From Bacillota bacterium (GTDB taxonomy: Bacteria; Bacillota; Ch66; Ch109): 64,000 nucleotides of DNA. Position 1 is the first letter of the stretch; every line of letters begins with the position of its first letter. Under the pieces are notes generated by a model. The model was not told the origin of the DNA. It worked only from the letters and a program-made list of their open reading frames with translations, and did no database searches. Both the position numbers and the translations under genes were made by a program. The stretch spans positions 1 to 64,000 of the forward strand of contig JBMNLH010000004.1 in NCBI GenBank assembly GCA_050952625.1. The letters are read 5' to 3'. Shown in pieces: positions 10,711 to 21,265 of the stretch.

Positions 10711-11773
10711 CTACTGGGAAAATCCCCGATATCGCTCGGTTGACTGATCATGGGAAGTCGGCAACAAGACGCCTAGTTTGCCAGCCCCAACCAAAGCGGC
10801 TACGGAAAGCCCGATCAGGATCAGAGTGGCCTCGGGGCGGTTAAAATAGGTTAAAGCAATGGCACTTAAACCGAATGTACCGCTGATCGCGTAAATTACC
10901 AGTACCGTGGCCCGATGGCTAAAGCCTAAACCGAGCAGCCGGTGGTGCAGGTGTTCTTTATCGGCTTGAAAAATGGGCTGCCCTCCCAGGAAGCGCCGCA
11001 CAATAGCACACAGGGTATCCAGGATGGGGATCCCTAAGATAACAAATGGAATAACCAACGAAAACGCGGTGGCGCTTTTGGTTAAACTTAATAAGGAAAG
11101 GGCCGCCAGATTAAAGCCTAGAAACATCGACCCGGAATCGCCCATAAACAGCCGGGCCGGGTGGAAATTATAACGCAAGAAGCCCAGCGTAGCAAAAGCC
11201 AAAATCAAGGCCCAGATCGCAACATCCAGGGCCCCGGACCGCCAGCCTACAACCGCCAAAACAATGGCGGCGACCGCGGATACCCCGGCGGCTAAACCAT
11301 CCAAACCGTCAATTAAGTTAACGGCGTTGGTTATCCCCACGAGCCATAAAACCGTCAGGGGTATGGCCAAGATCCCGAGGGTACACTAACCCGCCAGAGA
11401 TGGGGTTGGTGATAAAGTCGACTTGGACGCCAAAGGCGACCAGACTAAGCGCAGCCAGGATCTGCCCCAGAAGTTTGACGCGGGGCGACAGGTTTCGGAT
11501 GTCATCCACCAAACCAAGGAGGATGATCAGAGTTCCCCCGACAAGCAACCCGACCAGCCGGGTATCTATGGCCTGAGTGGTCAGCAACGTGGTTACATAA
11601 GCAATATAAATAGCCAGACCACCCATGCGGGGCATGGTCCGGGTATGCACCTTGCGCAGATTTGGCCGATCAACGGCCCCGACCCGGGGGGCCAGTTTAA
11701 TAACTAACGGAGTGATCAGATAAGCAATGATAAAGGCCAGGCTGAGAATTGCGACTATACCCAGCGGATTCAA
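10711..11773 (-). CDS. tagO: MraY/WecA/TagO-family undecaprenyl-phosphate GlcNAc-1-phosphate transferase (one apparent +1 frameshift at ~11380)
   Basis: DRPNLRKVH..PRMGGLAI and GLVDD in ORF 11318-11773; NAVNLIDGLDGLA, FMGDSGS and DKEHLHH in ORF 10711-11370. Removing one C from TACCCTC joins the two. Confidence 0.9.
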
Positions 11774-11844
11774 CTCTCCCCCACTTCCTCCCTGGAAAAG
11801 TGATGCTTATTAATTGATACCTAATAATTGATGCTCCTAGGTTA

Positions 11845-12033
11845 AGATTCTTCGCTTCGCTCAGAATTAATCACACAATAATGCACTAACGATAAACGAA
11901 TAATAACGTATTCATAGCAATGACGGAGTGTAGACTAAACCACGGTAAACAAACATAGGTTGGCTTCATAGCAATGACCATACGTTGACCGCAGCACGGT
12001 AAACGAATACTTAGTCATACTCATAGCAATGAC
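11845..12033 (+). repeat. REP-like family B partial copy with three tandem ~54-bp tail units
   Basis: AGATTCTTCGCTTCGCTCAGAAT followed by units ending TCATAGCAATGAC at 11912, 11966 and 12021. Confidence 0.75.
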
Positions 12034-12413
12034 AGATTGAAGCCGCTCAAAGGCAGTGATTTTCTTGCATAATCAGAAAGTATAAGTGGACTTTCTCATT
12101 ATATTAATTATAAGTAGTGCAACTAGGGCTTCTGCCTGCGCCAAAGGCTTGGCGTAAGTCAAGTTTTCTTTATCTAAGATAACGTTAGTTTAGCGGATAA
12201 AGTCACAAACAATAATACATCATTCAATTAAATTGGACAACTTTATCAGTATTTCGTTTAATTGTATCACCAGACTCGGGCCTTGTCTAGACTGCAACGG
12301 GTGGCGTGAGGAGTGAGGTGTTAGGCGTAAAACGCGAAACGTAAATATAAAAACAATAAATCCATATTTCAAGCTACTATAGTAATAAGTGATGAGCAAA
12401 AGGCTCAGGAACT

Positions 12414-12515
12414 TATGAGCAATTTGGCTTTATTAAATTGGATAGAGTTTACCAGGAAAGCGATTTAATCCAGCTCGTTAAGATACTTCGGGAAGAGGAA
12501 TTAATTGAAAAGTAA
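12414..12515 (+). pseudogene. Headless 3' gene remnant, possibly a GNAT acetyltransferase
   Basis: YEQFGFIKLDRVYQESDLIQLVKILREEELIEK-stop resembles the GNAT FYxxxGF motif; followed by the terminator aaaagcacc...ggtgctttt. Confidence 0.35.
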
Positions 12516-12697
12516 CAATATCTAATAAGCCACCGAAAAGTAAAACAAAAGCACCTTATAAAAAAGGGTGCTTTTTTCATGCCAAGCTTCATACCAGATT
12601 TAATGGAGGCGCGGGTTCGCTCCTGTCCCTCGACAGGTCAAACCAGCTATAGTACAATTTAAAGCGTGATCTTGTTGATAGGTGGCGAATACTTAGC

Positions 12698-14326
12698 ATG
12701 GCTGATCAAAATCAGGTGGTTCGCGCCGCCGGGGTGCTGATGGCGATAAGCGTTTTGGCCCGGTTAGCCGGGTTTATTCGGGAGCAGGCAATTGCCGCGC
12801 AGTTTGGCACCACCATGGCGACTGACGCTTATGTGGTGGCTTATACGGTCGCCAATATCGTTTATCTGATCATCGGCGGGGCCCTGGCCACGGTTTTTAT
12901 TCCGGTGTTCGCCTCTTATCTGACCGGATCGAATCCAGTCGATGCGAAAAACAAGAACGACTACCGTCAGCAAAATCATCTTGACCGTCGCTCCGCTTGG
13001 AATCTGGCCAGTACGATCATTAACCTGACGGTGCTGGTTCTGGGCGGGGTGACGATTATCGGGATTGCGGTTTCGCCCTGGCTGGTGCAGCTAATTGCGC
13101 CGGGTTTTGCGCCAGAGCCGGAGAAGGTGCAGTTAACCACTCAGTTAACCCAGATCATGTTTCCGATTACTTTGCTTTTTGCCCTGAGTATGCTGTTCGG
13201 GGTGACCCTCAATACTCTCCAGCACTTTGCGGTACCCGCCCTAGGTTCGGTGGTTTTCAGCCTGACGGTTTTGGCTTCGGTTTTTACCCTGGGAGCGACC
13301 TGGGGCATTAAAGGATTGGCTGCCGGCACGGTTATCGCAACGGTTTTTCAGGTGGCCATCCAGGTGCCGGTCTTATGGCGCAAAGGAATGCGTTATTCGC
13401 TGGTTCTGGACCTGAAGCACCCCGGGGTCCGGCAGATCGGAGTCCTGATGGGCCCGGTGCTGCTGGGAAACGCCGTGGCTCAGGCTTATGTCTTTATTGA
13501 ACGGATTATTGCCTCCCATTTGGCTGAGGGCTGTATTGCGGCTCTGAACTTCGCCAACAAGCTTTACCTGCTGCCGTTTAACCTGTTTGCTCTGGCCATT
13601 AATATCGCCATCTTTCCGACTATGTCAGCCCACGCGGCGAACAACGACCTGGCCGCTTTAAGGAAAACCACCTTTGGGGGGTTGAAGCTGGTCGGGCTGC
13701 TGACCATCCCGGCCATGGTCTGGTTAATTGTCCTGGCGGAGCCGATTGTCCGACTGACCTTTGAAAGAGGGGCTTTTGATGACCATTCCACCGGGCTGAC
13801 CACTTTTGCCCTTTCTTTTTATGTGCTGGGCCTGTTTGCCCTGGGGGCCTTTAACGTCCTGAATCGGGCCTTCTACGCGCTGCATGATACCCGAACCCCA
13901 GTGCTAATAAGTATATTCACGGTTTTGTTTAATCTTGCCATGGCCCTGATTCTCGTGCGCTATCTCCAACATGGCGGGCTGGCCCTGGCTGCGGCCTTGG
14001 CGGCGAACCTGAATTTAATCCTGGCCTACTATTTCTTACGCCCCCGACTGCCGAATTGGCGGGGCCGCGAGTTGTTCGCCCCGCTGGGAAAAATTGTGCT
14101 GGCCTCGGGGATCATGGGTGCCGGGATCTGGGTGACCGCCCGTTGCCTGATACAGTTAACTGGGGGCAGCACTGGGTTAATGGCTCAGTTGCTGACGGTG
14201 GGCATCGCGTCAAGTGTGGGTTTGATCATCTATTTGGGGTTGATCTGGTGGTGGAAGCCGGATGAGGAACTGGTGGAAATGGTGAGGAAGATGGGGCAGA
14301 GGGTGGTTCAAAGGGTTAGGGGGTAG
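12698..14326 (+). CDS. murJ: MurJ/MviN-family lipid-linked precursor flippase
   Basis: ARLAGFIRE..IAAQFG, DAYVVA, GGALATVFIP, FERGAF, AFYALHDTRTP, HGGLALA; many TM helices. Confidence 0.93.
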   Translation: MADQNQVVRAAGVLMAISVLARLAGFIREQAIAAQFGTTMATDAYVVAYTVANIVYLIIGGALATVFIPVFASYLTGSNPVDAKNKNDYRQQNHLDRRSAWNLASTIINLTVLVLGGVTIIGIAVSPWLVQLIAPGFAPEPEKVQLTTQLTQIMFPITLLFALSMLFGVTLNTLQHFAVPALGSVVFSLTVLASVFTLGATWGIKGLAAGTVIATVFQVAIQVPVLWRKGMRYSLVLDLKHPGVRQIGVLMGPVLLGNAVAQAYVFIERIIASHLAEGCIAALNFANKLYLLPFNLFALAINIAIFPTMSAHAANNDLAALRKTTFGGLKLVGLLTIPAMVWLIVLAEPIVRLTFERGAFDDHSTGLTTFALSFYVLGLFALGAFNVLNRAFYALHDTRTPVLISIFTVLFNLAMALILVRYLQHGGLALAAALAANLNLILAYYFLRPRLPNWRGRELFAPLGKIVLASGIMGAGIWVTARCLIQLTGGSTGLMAQLLTVGIASSVGLIIYLGLIWWWKPDEELVEMVRKMGQRVVQRVRG

Positions 14327-14352
14327 GATAAGGAGCAGTCAATCCGCGACAT

Positions 14353-14620
14353 CTATTCTTCAAGGCTCATCTGTTGAAAGTCTGCCAAGCGGTTTATCGA
14401 TTGTCTTATTTTGTTAACCCTTCCAAGCACTTGCTGTTTATCAAACAATAAAATTCCCCTCTCTAATATCTTCTATCATTTCCCGATAGCTTTTCTCTAG
14501 AAAAGGAGCTAAATCCATATGGTATTTTACAACGAGATCTTCAAAATCAGTGCGGTAATCATCATCTGCAGAAAATAAAACCTTGCCCTTGCTTATAATC
14601 TTGAATTGGAGGGGGATATT
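14353..14620 (-). pseudogene. Remnant of an MntA/HepT (nucleotidyltransferase-HEPN) toxin-antitoxin pair
   Basis: 14620-14441 reads NIPLQFKIISKGKVLFSADDDYRTDFEDLVVKYHMDLAPFLEKSYREM (MntA-like C-terminal half). Overlapping 14448-14353 reads MFDKQQVLGRVNKIRQSINRLADFQQMSLEE-stop (DUF86/HepT-like N-terminus). Confidence 0.65.
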
Positions 14621-14680
14621 CTCAGTGGAGTATCTAACTCTCTATTAACTAATTTTACCAGTTATTTGCCTACAGTCAAC

Positions 14681-16297
14681 TTAGTTTAGCGTTTTATACA
14701 GGTTGGTCATCTTTTCCACCATTACCCGGGCGGAAAAACGCTGCTCAACTTCCGCCGCGGCTCGCGCTCCCAAGGCCGCCGCCTTTTCCTTGTTTTGCAG
14801 GAGCCAAGTAACCTTCTCCGCAATTGCCGCTCCATCACCAGGGGGTACCAGAAGGGCGGTTCGGCCATCCTCCGCGATCTCGGTTATTCCTCCCACCGCA
14901 CTGGCGACGCAGGGTTTGCCCAGGCACATCGCTTCAATCAGACTGAGTCCGAAGGCTTCGGACAGGGAAGGGACTACTACCACATCCATGGCGGCCATTA
15001 ACTGAGGGACATCTTCGCGGAAGCCGGTAAAAATGACCCGGTCAGCGATCTGCAGGTGTTGGGCTAGTTCTTTTAATTCTCCGGCCAGGGAGCCGTCGCC
15101 GACGATTAGGAAAACTGGGGCCACGTCTGGTGCTGGAACGCGGTGGTGTTTCGTGGTTTCCGCCGATTCGCTAAAACTGGCAGGATCGCTGGAACTGGTA
15201 TGCCGTGGTGTTACATCTCTTGGCAGGATTACATCTCTTGACGGAACGCTGAGCACTTTCGATTCTTCCGGTGATTTGTCGACACCGGTAGGGTCGATAG
15301 AATCCGGCACGGTTTGACCGGTACCTGGGCATTTTGGTTGAAGGCTGCTGGTGTTCGGGTAACCTTCGCCGGAGCCGGACCGATCATAGGCATTGAATCT
15401 CCGACATATCTGGGCCGCTGCTTCCAGAAAGTAACGATGCCCCTTTTCTGGTTCTAAACGGGCGATGATGCCGACGATCGGTGGTCGGACTTCTGGATTA
15501 AAGGGGCCTTGGTTAGCCTTATTTGTTCGATTTGAGTCAAGGTTACGATCTCCATCCCTCAGAGAGTAACCGTGATTTCCCTTCCTATTTGCTTGGATTA
15601 TACAGGGGCTCCCCGATCGCGCTTGGCTACATTGATGGTTATGCCTTCTAACTTTTAAGAAATTATTTCCTTCTTCCTTAACCGGTATATCACAGCAGCC
15701 TTCAATATAATTTTCAATTTCAGCTTTCGGAGAGTTGGTCACTTCTTTTGCGACTGCTGCCTTACTCCGAAATTCTTGCACATCTATCCCGTTATAGATT
15801 AACTCGATGCGTTTCCCCGGTAAGCCTTCCTGGATCAGGGTCTCTTTAACGGCCTGGCTGATAGCAATAACGCGGTCACAGGTCAGCCGGTTTAAAGCAA
15901 CGACCACCCATTTTTTCCAGCCGGTCTTGGGAGCGGCCCAGTCCAGCCGGTGCTTGGTGTAAACGATCCTTGGCACACCGGCTAATCGGGCGGCCAACCG
16001 GCCGACAAAGGAGGCGTGGGTATGCACTACGTCGAGCTGCTGGTGTTTAGTCAGTTTTCTAAGCTCCCGCCAAAGCCCCAGCAGGTTATTCCCAGCGAAT
16101 GAACTATCCGCCGTGAGAAACGGACTGCCTGTAACCGGCACGCCGAGAGCCTGACAGCGGTCAATCAATTGAGAACCGGGGGGACACATGACCGTCACCT
16201 GCAACCGGGAACGGTCGTAGTATTCCAGGAAGGTCAGGAGATAGCGTCCTGCTCCCCCGATATTCGTGTCGCTAATGATGTGCAGTACTTTAATCAT
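14681..16297 (-). CDS. GT4-family glycosyltransferase with two ~90-aa in-frame insertions
   Basis: IGGAGRY, DVVHTHAS, IYNGID, IARLEPEKGH, IVGDG, FTGFREDV, PSLSEAFGLSLIEAM. Confidence 0.92.
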   Translation of the reverse strand: MIKVLHIISDTNIGGAGRYLLTFLEYYDRSRLQVTVMCPPGSQLIDRCQALGVPVTGSPFLTADSSFAGNNLLGLWRELRKLTKHQQLDVVHTHASFVGRLAARLAGVPRIVYTKHRLDWAAPKTGWKKWVVVALNRLTCDRVIAISQAVKETLIQEGLPGKRIELIYNGIDVQEFRSKAAVAKEVTNSPKAEIENYIEGCCDIPVKEEGNNFLKVRRHNHQCSQARSGSPCIIQANRKGNHGYSLRDGDRNLDSNRTNKANQGPFNPEVRPPIVGIIARLEPEKGHRYFLEAAAQICRRFNAYDRSGSGEGYPNTSSLQPKCPGTGQTVPDSIDPTGVDKSPEESKVLSVPSRDVILPRDVTPRHTSSSDPASFSESAETTKHHRVPAPDVAPVFLIVGDGSLAGELKELAQHLQIADRVIFTGFREDVPQLMAAMDVVVVPSLSEAFGLSLIEAMCLGKPCVASAVGGITEIAEDGRTALLVPPGDGAAIAEKVTWLLQNKEKAAALGARAAAEVEQRFSARVMVEKMTNLYKTLN

Positions 16298-17505
16298 GTG
16301 GGTTCACCTTTTATAACCCGTTGATAAAACTCATGGGTCATCCGCACCATCTTCCAGGCGGAGTAGTGTTCCTCGACGATTTGGCGGCCTAGTCGGCCTA
16401 ACTGGGTGCGGGTGTCTGGCGAAAACTCCAGCAGCAGCCGGCGCAGATCCTTTTCCAGGGCCGCCGCGGTGACAGCCGGGTGGTCGCGGCCGGTAAAATT
16501 AGTCCGAATCGCTTCATCGAGGATTTCCGCGGAAAAGATTCCCAGATAGCCCTGGCTGCCAGCCAGGATCACGGGACGTTCGCAGGACATGGCCTCTAAA
16601 GCGGCCCGGCTAACCCCGACAAAAGCAGTCGCCGCTGGCAGTAACCGGGGCAGGTCGGTCCGCGGTCCGGCGATGGTGACCAATTGACGCCCCAGTTGAC
16701 GATTAACCTTAACCGCTTGCTCCTGTAATGACTCCCGTTGGTCTCCGTCACCCACGATCAAAACCCGCAGGGCGGGGATTTCTTGGCCAAGACTCTGTGC
16801 CGCCTGTAACAGCGAGAAGGCCGGACCCGCGATCTGGCCGGTTAAACGACTGACGTAGATAACCACCACGTCGCCGGGTTGCCAGCCGAATTCCTGGTAG
16901 ACTGCTGAGATGGTAGTTGGAATTGTTTGAGGCCAGGACGATGGTGCCGGTGCATACCGCTCGGTATTAATGCCATTGGGAATGATCGCGACCTGCTGGG
17001 GATTAAAGCCAAACTCCTGGACTAAATAATTCCGCAGATCCTCACTGACCACGATGGAGTGCGGACTCCACCAGGTTACATAACGCTGCCAACCGGTCAG
17101 GTCAAAAGGCCAGTGGACCGTGGTGACCACTGGAGTACCGGTCAAGGCTGAGATCAGGCGTAAGATAAAAGCCGGGATTCGGGCATGGGCATGCAGCAGT
17201 TGGGGCTTTTCTCGGCGCACCAGTCGGAGCAGGGCGATGAAGGAGCGCAGCATTGACCAAACTGATCGCTGGTGGAGCGGCTGCTGACAGTGGTTGACTC
17301 CGGCGGCGGCTAGCTCAGCGACGTATCGGCCCCCATTCGAGGCCACGGTCACTTCATAGCCCAGCCTGGTTAAGCCGCTGGCCAGTTCGACAATATGGGT
17401 TTCGGCCCCGCCCAGATCCAGTGCATTGGTTGCCATTAAGACGCGATGCCCGACCACTGGAGACTGGGATTGAAGAAAATTATGCTTTTTTATTGACATT
17501 TTCAT
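16294..17505 (-). CDS. GT4-family glycosyltransferase
   Basis: LDLGGAETH, LLHAHARIP, IPNGINT, YVSRL, IVGDG, GVSRAALEAMS; ATGA overlap with the next gene. Confidence 0.92.
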   Translation of the reverse strand: MKMSIKKHNFLQSQSPVVGHRVLMATNALDLGGAETHIVELASGLTRLGYEVTVASNGGRYVAELAAAGVNHCQQPLHQRSVWSMLRSFIALLRLVRREKPQLLHAHARIPAFILRLISALTGTPVVTTVHWPFDLTGWQRYVTWWSPHSIVVSEDLRNYLVQEFGFNPQQVAIIPNGINTERYAPAPSSWPQTIPTTISAVYQEFGWQPGDVVVIYVSRLTGQIAGPAFSLLQAAQSLGQEIPALRVLIVGDGDQRESLQEQAVKVNRQLGRQLVTIAGPRTDLPRLLPAATAFVGVSRAALEAMSCERPVILAGSQGYLGIFSAEILDEAIRTNFTGRDHPAVTAAALEKDLRRLLLEFSPDTRTQLGRLGRQIVEEHYSAWKMVRMTHEFYQRVIKGEPT

Positions 17506-17626
17506 GATTTATCTCCCGGTCGCTGCTGATAATTCTGATGGTGAAGCTTTGATGGTGAACCTACTCCGAAGAATTTTTTCGAAGGATTTCTTCAAAGGTC
17601 TTTTTCGACCCGAGCAAGAGGCTTTT

Positions 17627-17836
17627 CTACTTTAAGGAATCTCTGGATGCCTCATATAGGTCATCAACACTCATGTTTTGAAACAAGCTTTCCTGGATTA
17701 TAAGATAATCCAGCCCCTGCTCAAATTGGCTCATAAAACGAACCAATCCTTTATACCCTAGTTCTCTAATTAACGCCGTTATTCCCTGTTCAATTATTTC
17801 TTTATCAGTCAACTCATACCTAGCATCTACACTCAT
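17627..17836 (-). CDS. Small protein resembling antitoxin partners of PIN-domain toxins (no toxin adjacent)
   Basis: 69 aa with TDKEIIEQGITALIRELG..GLVRF..GLDY..SVDDL pattern; GGAG RBS; AT-rich. Confidence 0.55.
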   Translation of the reverse strand: MSVDARYELTDKEIIEQGITALIRELGYKGLVRFMSQFEQGLDYLIIQESLFQNMSVDDLYEASRDSLK

Positions 17837-18082
17837 TTTCGCATCTCCACTTAAGTCAATCTCGCTATTCAGTCGAATCTCCCGTTACTTGCCCAGCATT
17901 ATATTAACACATATTCATACAAACACTAATATTCTCCATAAATCTCTGTTTTGAATAACGAATCTAATAATAAATTCATTAGAAAGCAAAATCCTTTCCG
18001 CAAAAGGTCTTTGGCTTTCGATAGATTTCGGGGAGGGACGGACCCTTTCTGGGCTTTCGACCCTTTCAGGATTTTATAGGAA

Positions 18083-19660
18083 TTACTGCTTACGCCAGGC
18101 TAAGGCGCGTGAGGCTGCGGCCCAGAACAGTTGGGCTTCGTCCAGGCGGAAAACAGTTAAGATGATTACATAAATCACCAGGCCGGCACTGATGGCTAAA
18201 CCGACGTTGGCGGCCACAGCGAGGGTGCCGGTAAGCAGTCCGGTCAGGGATAAGTAATGCTCCGTCGTCTGGCTGATTGCTTGCACCGCTAGTCCCATCA
18301 GGCCCGAGGCCAGCACGATCTGGCCCATGAATCGCCACATCTCGCTGCTCCATAAACCAGATAACCGACGTCCCAGGATAATCACCAGGAGGGTCATGCT
18401 GGTCAGGGCAGCCAGGGAATTAGCCAGGGCCAACCCGCCGTGCTGCAGCGGGCCCCGAAGCAGCAGGCTTAAAATCAGGTTTAACGTTACCACCACGGCT
18501 CCTATTTTAACCGGGGTGCGAGTATCGTGCAGAGAGAAAAATCCCCTCACTAGGATAAACTCAGCCGCCTGGCCCACTAACCCCAGGGAGTAAAAAAGCA
18601 GGGCGATGCTAGTCATTGAGGTAGCCCGCAGATCAAAAGCTCCTCTTTGAAAGAACAAGGTGATCAGGGGTTCCCGCAAAACCATTAACCCCACCGCTGC
18701 CGGCAGACAAACCAGGATGACCACCCGCAGGGCCCGCCGAATCCCATCCTGCAGTCCCAACAGATTGCCCTCAGCCGCCCGACGCGTGAAGGCGGGAAAA
18801 AAAGCCGTGCCAACCGCGGTCACAAATAGTCCCAGGGGCATCTGGATTAAACGATTGGCGTAATTCAGAGCTGAGATGCTCCCTTCGGCGAGGCCAGAAG
18901 CCAGAATTCGGTCAATCACGATATAGGTCTGGCTGATGGAAATCCCCACGGCCATGGGCAGCACTAGCCGCAAAATGCTCTTGAGCCCGGGGTGTTTGAG
19001 GTTGAATTCCCACCGCAGGCGAAACCCGGATTTCACCAGAGCGGGGATCTGGACCGCCGCCCCGCAAAACCCGCCGACCAGGAGTCCCCAGGCCATCCCG
19101 TGGACGCCCCAGATCTTGCCCAGGACCAAGACGCCCAGAATAATTCCCAGGTTGGAAAAGGGGGCATTTAACGCGGTTACCCCGAAAATATTCCGCGCAT
19201 TTAGCAGCCCATTAAAAAGGGCGGAGATGCCGGTAAAAACCAGCACCGGGAACATAATCCGGGTTAATTCGCCGGCCAGTTGACTGATATCGCCGGAAAA
19301 GCCCGGGGCCAGGATTTTAATAATCCAGGGTGCTAAGATGACGCCGGCAGCTGATAGAATGAGCAGACACAGCAGCAGGACATTAAAGACCGTCGCAAAA
19401 AGTCGCCACGCCTCAGCCTCACCGTCCTTGGCCGCGTACTCGGAGTAGACTGGGATCACCACCGTGGTCAAGGCCCCGGCAAAGAGGGCAAACAGGACCG
19501 ATGGGAGCGAGTAAGCCACCAGATAGGCATCCACCGCGTAAGAGGTGCCGAATTCGTTGGCGATGACCATTTCCCGGACCAACCCCAGGGCCTTGGAAAT
19601 AAAATTAAAGGTAAATAGAACGATCGTTGCACGGGCAATATTCCCTAGTAATGGTGCCAA
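18083..19660 (-). CDS. murJ: Second MurJ/MviN-family flippase
   Basis: SKALGLVRE..ANEFG, DAYLVA, FQRGAF, SLHDTRTP, HGGLALA. Start moved to TTG 19660 after AAGGGAG, because the upstream part of the ORF is REP sequence. Confidence 0.92.
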   Translation of the reverse strand: MAPLLGNIARATIVLFTFNFISKALGLVREMVIANEFGTSYAVDAYLVAYSLPSVLFALFAGALTTVVIPVYSEYAAKDGEAEAWRLFATVFNVLLLCLLILSAAGVILAPWIIKILAPGFSGDISQLAGELTRIMFPVLVFTGISALFNGLLNARNIFGVTALNAPFSNLGIILGVLVLGKIWGVHGMAWGLLVGGFCGAAVQIPALVKSGFRLRWEFNLKHPGLKSILRLVLPMAVGISISQTYIVIDRILASGLAEGSISALNYANRLIQMPLGLFVTAVGTAFFPAFTRRAAEGNLLGLQDGIRRALRVVILVCLPAAVGLMVLREPLITLFFQRGAFDLRATSMTSIALLFYSLGLVGQAAEFILVRGFFSLHDTRTPVKIGAVVVTLNLILSLLLRGPLQHGGLALANSLAALTSMTLLVIILGRRLSGLWSSEMWRFMGQIVLASGLMGLAVQAISQTTEHYLSLTGLLTGTLAVAANVGLAISAGLVIYVIILTVFRLDEAQLFWAAASRALAWRKQ

Positions 19661-20003
19661 TTGGGCTGCTCCCTTCTTTGAGACACGAGGACAGGTTCGC
19701 TGTTCCACTCGTGGGACACGATGTACAGGTTTACTGTCCTGGGACAAGGGGACAGGTTTACTGTTCCAATTTCACTGTCCCGCTTGGGTCCCGTTATTTG
19801 TTCTTCTGTTGGAGGTATAAACACTACACTTTAGGTGACATTATTGCTGTATTGAGGGGCTAGTCTGAACGTATTAACAGTCACATGGTTGCTTGACTTA
19901 ACTGTGCCGACAATCAGGGGGAAGATGAAAATAACACAAATTACGTAAAACGTGTTATTTATTATAAAAGCAACCTGATGTTCCGGCGCGTTACCCGGAT
20001 AGA

Positions 20004-20519
20004 CTAAGGTAGGACCTGCTCCATATCAGCCAAAAACTGCAAAATCTCTTGTTCAAACTGTTCCGCGGTCTCTGGGAATTTTCGCAGCAGGGCAAATAGG
20101 CGGTCTCCCGCCAGGTTAAAGCCATAGACGTTGCGAAACACATGCCGGAAGGCCCGAAACTCTTCTAGCTTAAGCCCGGTTGGCCTGGATACTAACGCTG
20201 GGCGAATTTCCGGAATATTTAACAGCATCTGATTAAGCAACTCTTTGTGCCAATTATCCCCGGTGGGAACTTTATCGTCAATCTCTCGGGCGATCAGTTT
20301 AAAAATATTTTCCACTGAGACATAAAAATCGTGCAGAACTGAACCAATTCCTCGTAGGGTAAATGTATCGTTCTGATTTGTTATTTTTAGATTAATTTTC
20401 GTCTGCCCTGAACCAGTTTTTAGGATTCCTTTAGCGTGCAATTCTTGTTGCAGAAGTGAAATGTTGGACAATTCTTCCCTGATTCGTGCAGCAATCACTG
20501 CAAACTGCCTCTTGGTCAT
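20004..20519 (-). CDS. HepT-like HEPN ribonuclease toxin
   Basis: GSVLHDFY..ENIF..IAREID..P.GDNWHKELL..M....P.IRP, FRAFRHVFRNVYG; ATGA-coupled to the MNT gene. Confidence 0.85.
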   Translation of the reverse strand: MTKRQFAVIAARIREELSNISLLQQELHAKGILKTGSGQTKINLKITNQNDTFTLRGIGSVLHDFYVSVENIFKLIAREIDDKVPTGDNWHKELLNQMLLNIPEIRPALVSRPTGLKLEEFRAFRHVFRNVYGFNLAGDRLFALLRKFPETAEQFEQEILQFLADMEQVLP

Positions 20520-20881
20520 AGTATCTCCCCTTTCGTTAGCACCTTTTGCCGCAGCGACAAACTAGCATCCTCTTCCAAAACAACGCTTATGGCCAACGGA
20601 GCCGCGATATCTTGTGCCTCGGCAACCATTTTCCAGTAACTATAGATCGGCCCGAATCCTACGATCAATAAATCTATATCTGAAAGCGGCGAATAATGAT
20701 TACCCCAAACGAGTGAACCGTACAAATAAACCGACCCAACTTCATAATTCTCTTTTAAATGCCGAGCTACTGCGGCGGCTTTTTCCCTGGCCTTTCGCCT
20801 CAGTTCTTGTTCTTCATGCTTTTGCCGTTCTGTTCGAGCAAGCCAGGCTTTTTTCAGGCGTTCTCTGGTCAGATAATCCAT
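20516..20881 (-). CDS. Minimal nucleotidyltransferase (MNT) antitoxin
   Basis: VYLYGSL....SDIDL motif; 121 aa; directly upstream of the HEPN gene. Confidence 0.88.
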   Translation of the reverse strand: MDYLTRERLKKAWLARTERQKHEEQELRRKAREKAAAVARHLKENYEVGSVYLYGSLVWGNHYSPLSDIDLLIVGFGPIYSYWKMVAEAQDIAAPLAISVVLEEDASLSLRQKVLTKGEIL

Positions 20882-21114
20882 ATACCATCACCTGAATTAA
20901 GTTTATCTTGTCTGGTTAAGAAAAGCAAAAGGTTATGATATGATAGAACCTTGGACCCTGCACCAATCTTCCTGAAGGATGTTCATTGAGTATAAACTGA
21001 TATTATATTAGAATAGGGAAGAGAAGACAGACTACAGAAGTTAATCCGAAGAGGCTAGATGTAAAGAAAACGTTACCATTCTGGATTTCCCTAACCAAGA
21101 TAGTTCTGGCTAAC

Positions 21115-21248
21115 TACCCATGCACCAAGAACACAACCACTCATGAAAAAACGGACGCGTGTCATCCTAAGCAATAGCGAAAAATCTTACTTCTCAATGT
21201 GGAAAGGATCCTTCGCTTTGCTCAGAATTAGTCACGCGTTGACCGCAC
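21115..21248 (+). repeat. REP-like family B element
   Basis: CACAACCAC..ATGAAAA..TGTCATCCTAAGC..GCGAAAAATCT..GGATCCTTCGCTTTGCTCAGAAT..GTTGACCGCAC; matches 38197-38368 (minus) and 46203-46380. Confidence 0.75.
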
Positions 21249-21265
21249 AAAGAAGGGATCCTTTA

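Noticed and set aside
11880-12033. Regularly spaced TCATAGCAATGAC units as a CRISPR array
   Set aside because: The would-be spacers resemble one another and the tail of repeat family B, so this is a degenerate tandem triplication.
15481-15755. GT4 insertion as an intein (contains C...HN..C)
   Set aside because: Far too short between the Cys and HN, no intein block motifs, and the motif does not coincide with the insert boundaries.
19661-19747. REP element translated in frame at the MurJ N-terminus
   Set aside because: A good RBS and TTG at 19660 place the start downstream of the repeat. The same applies to ORF extension 21143-21265.
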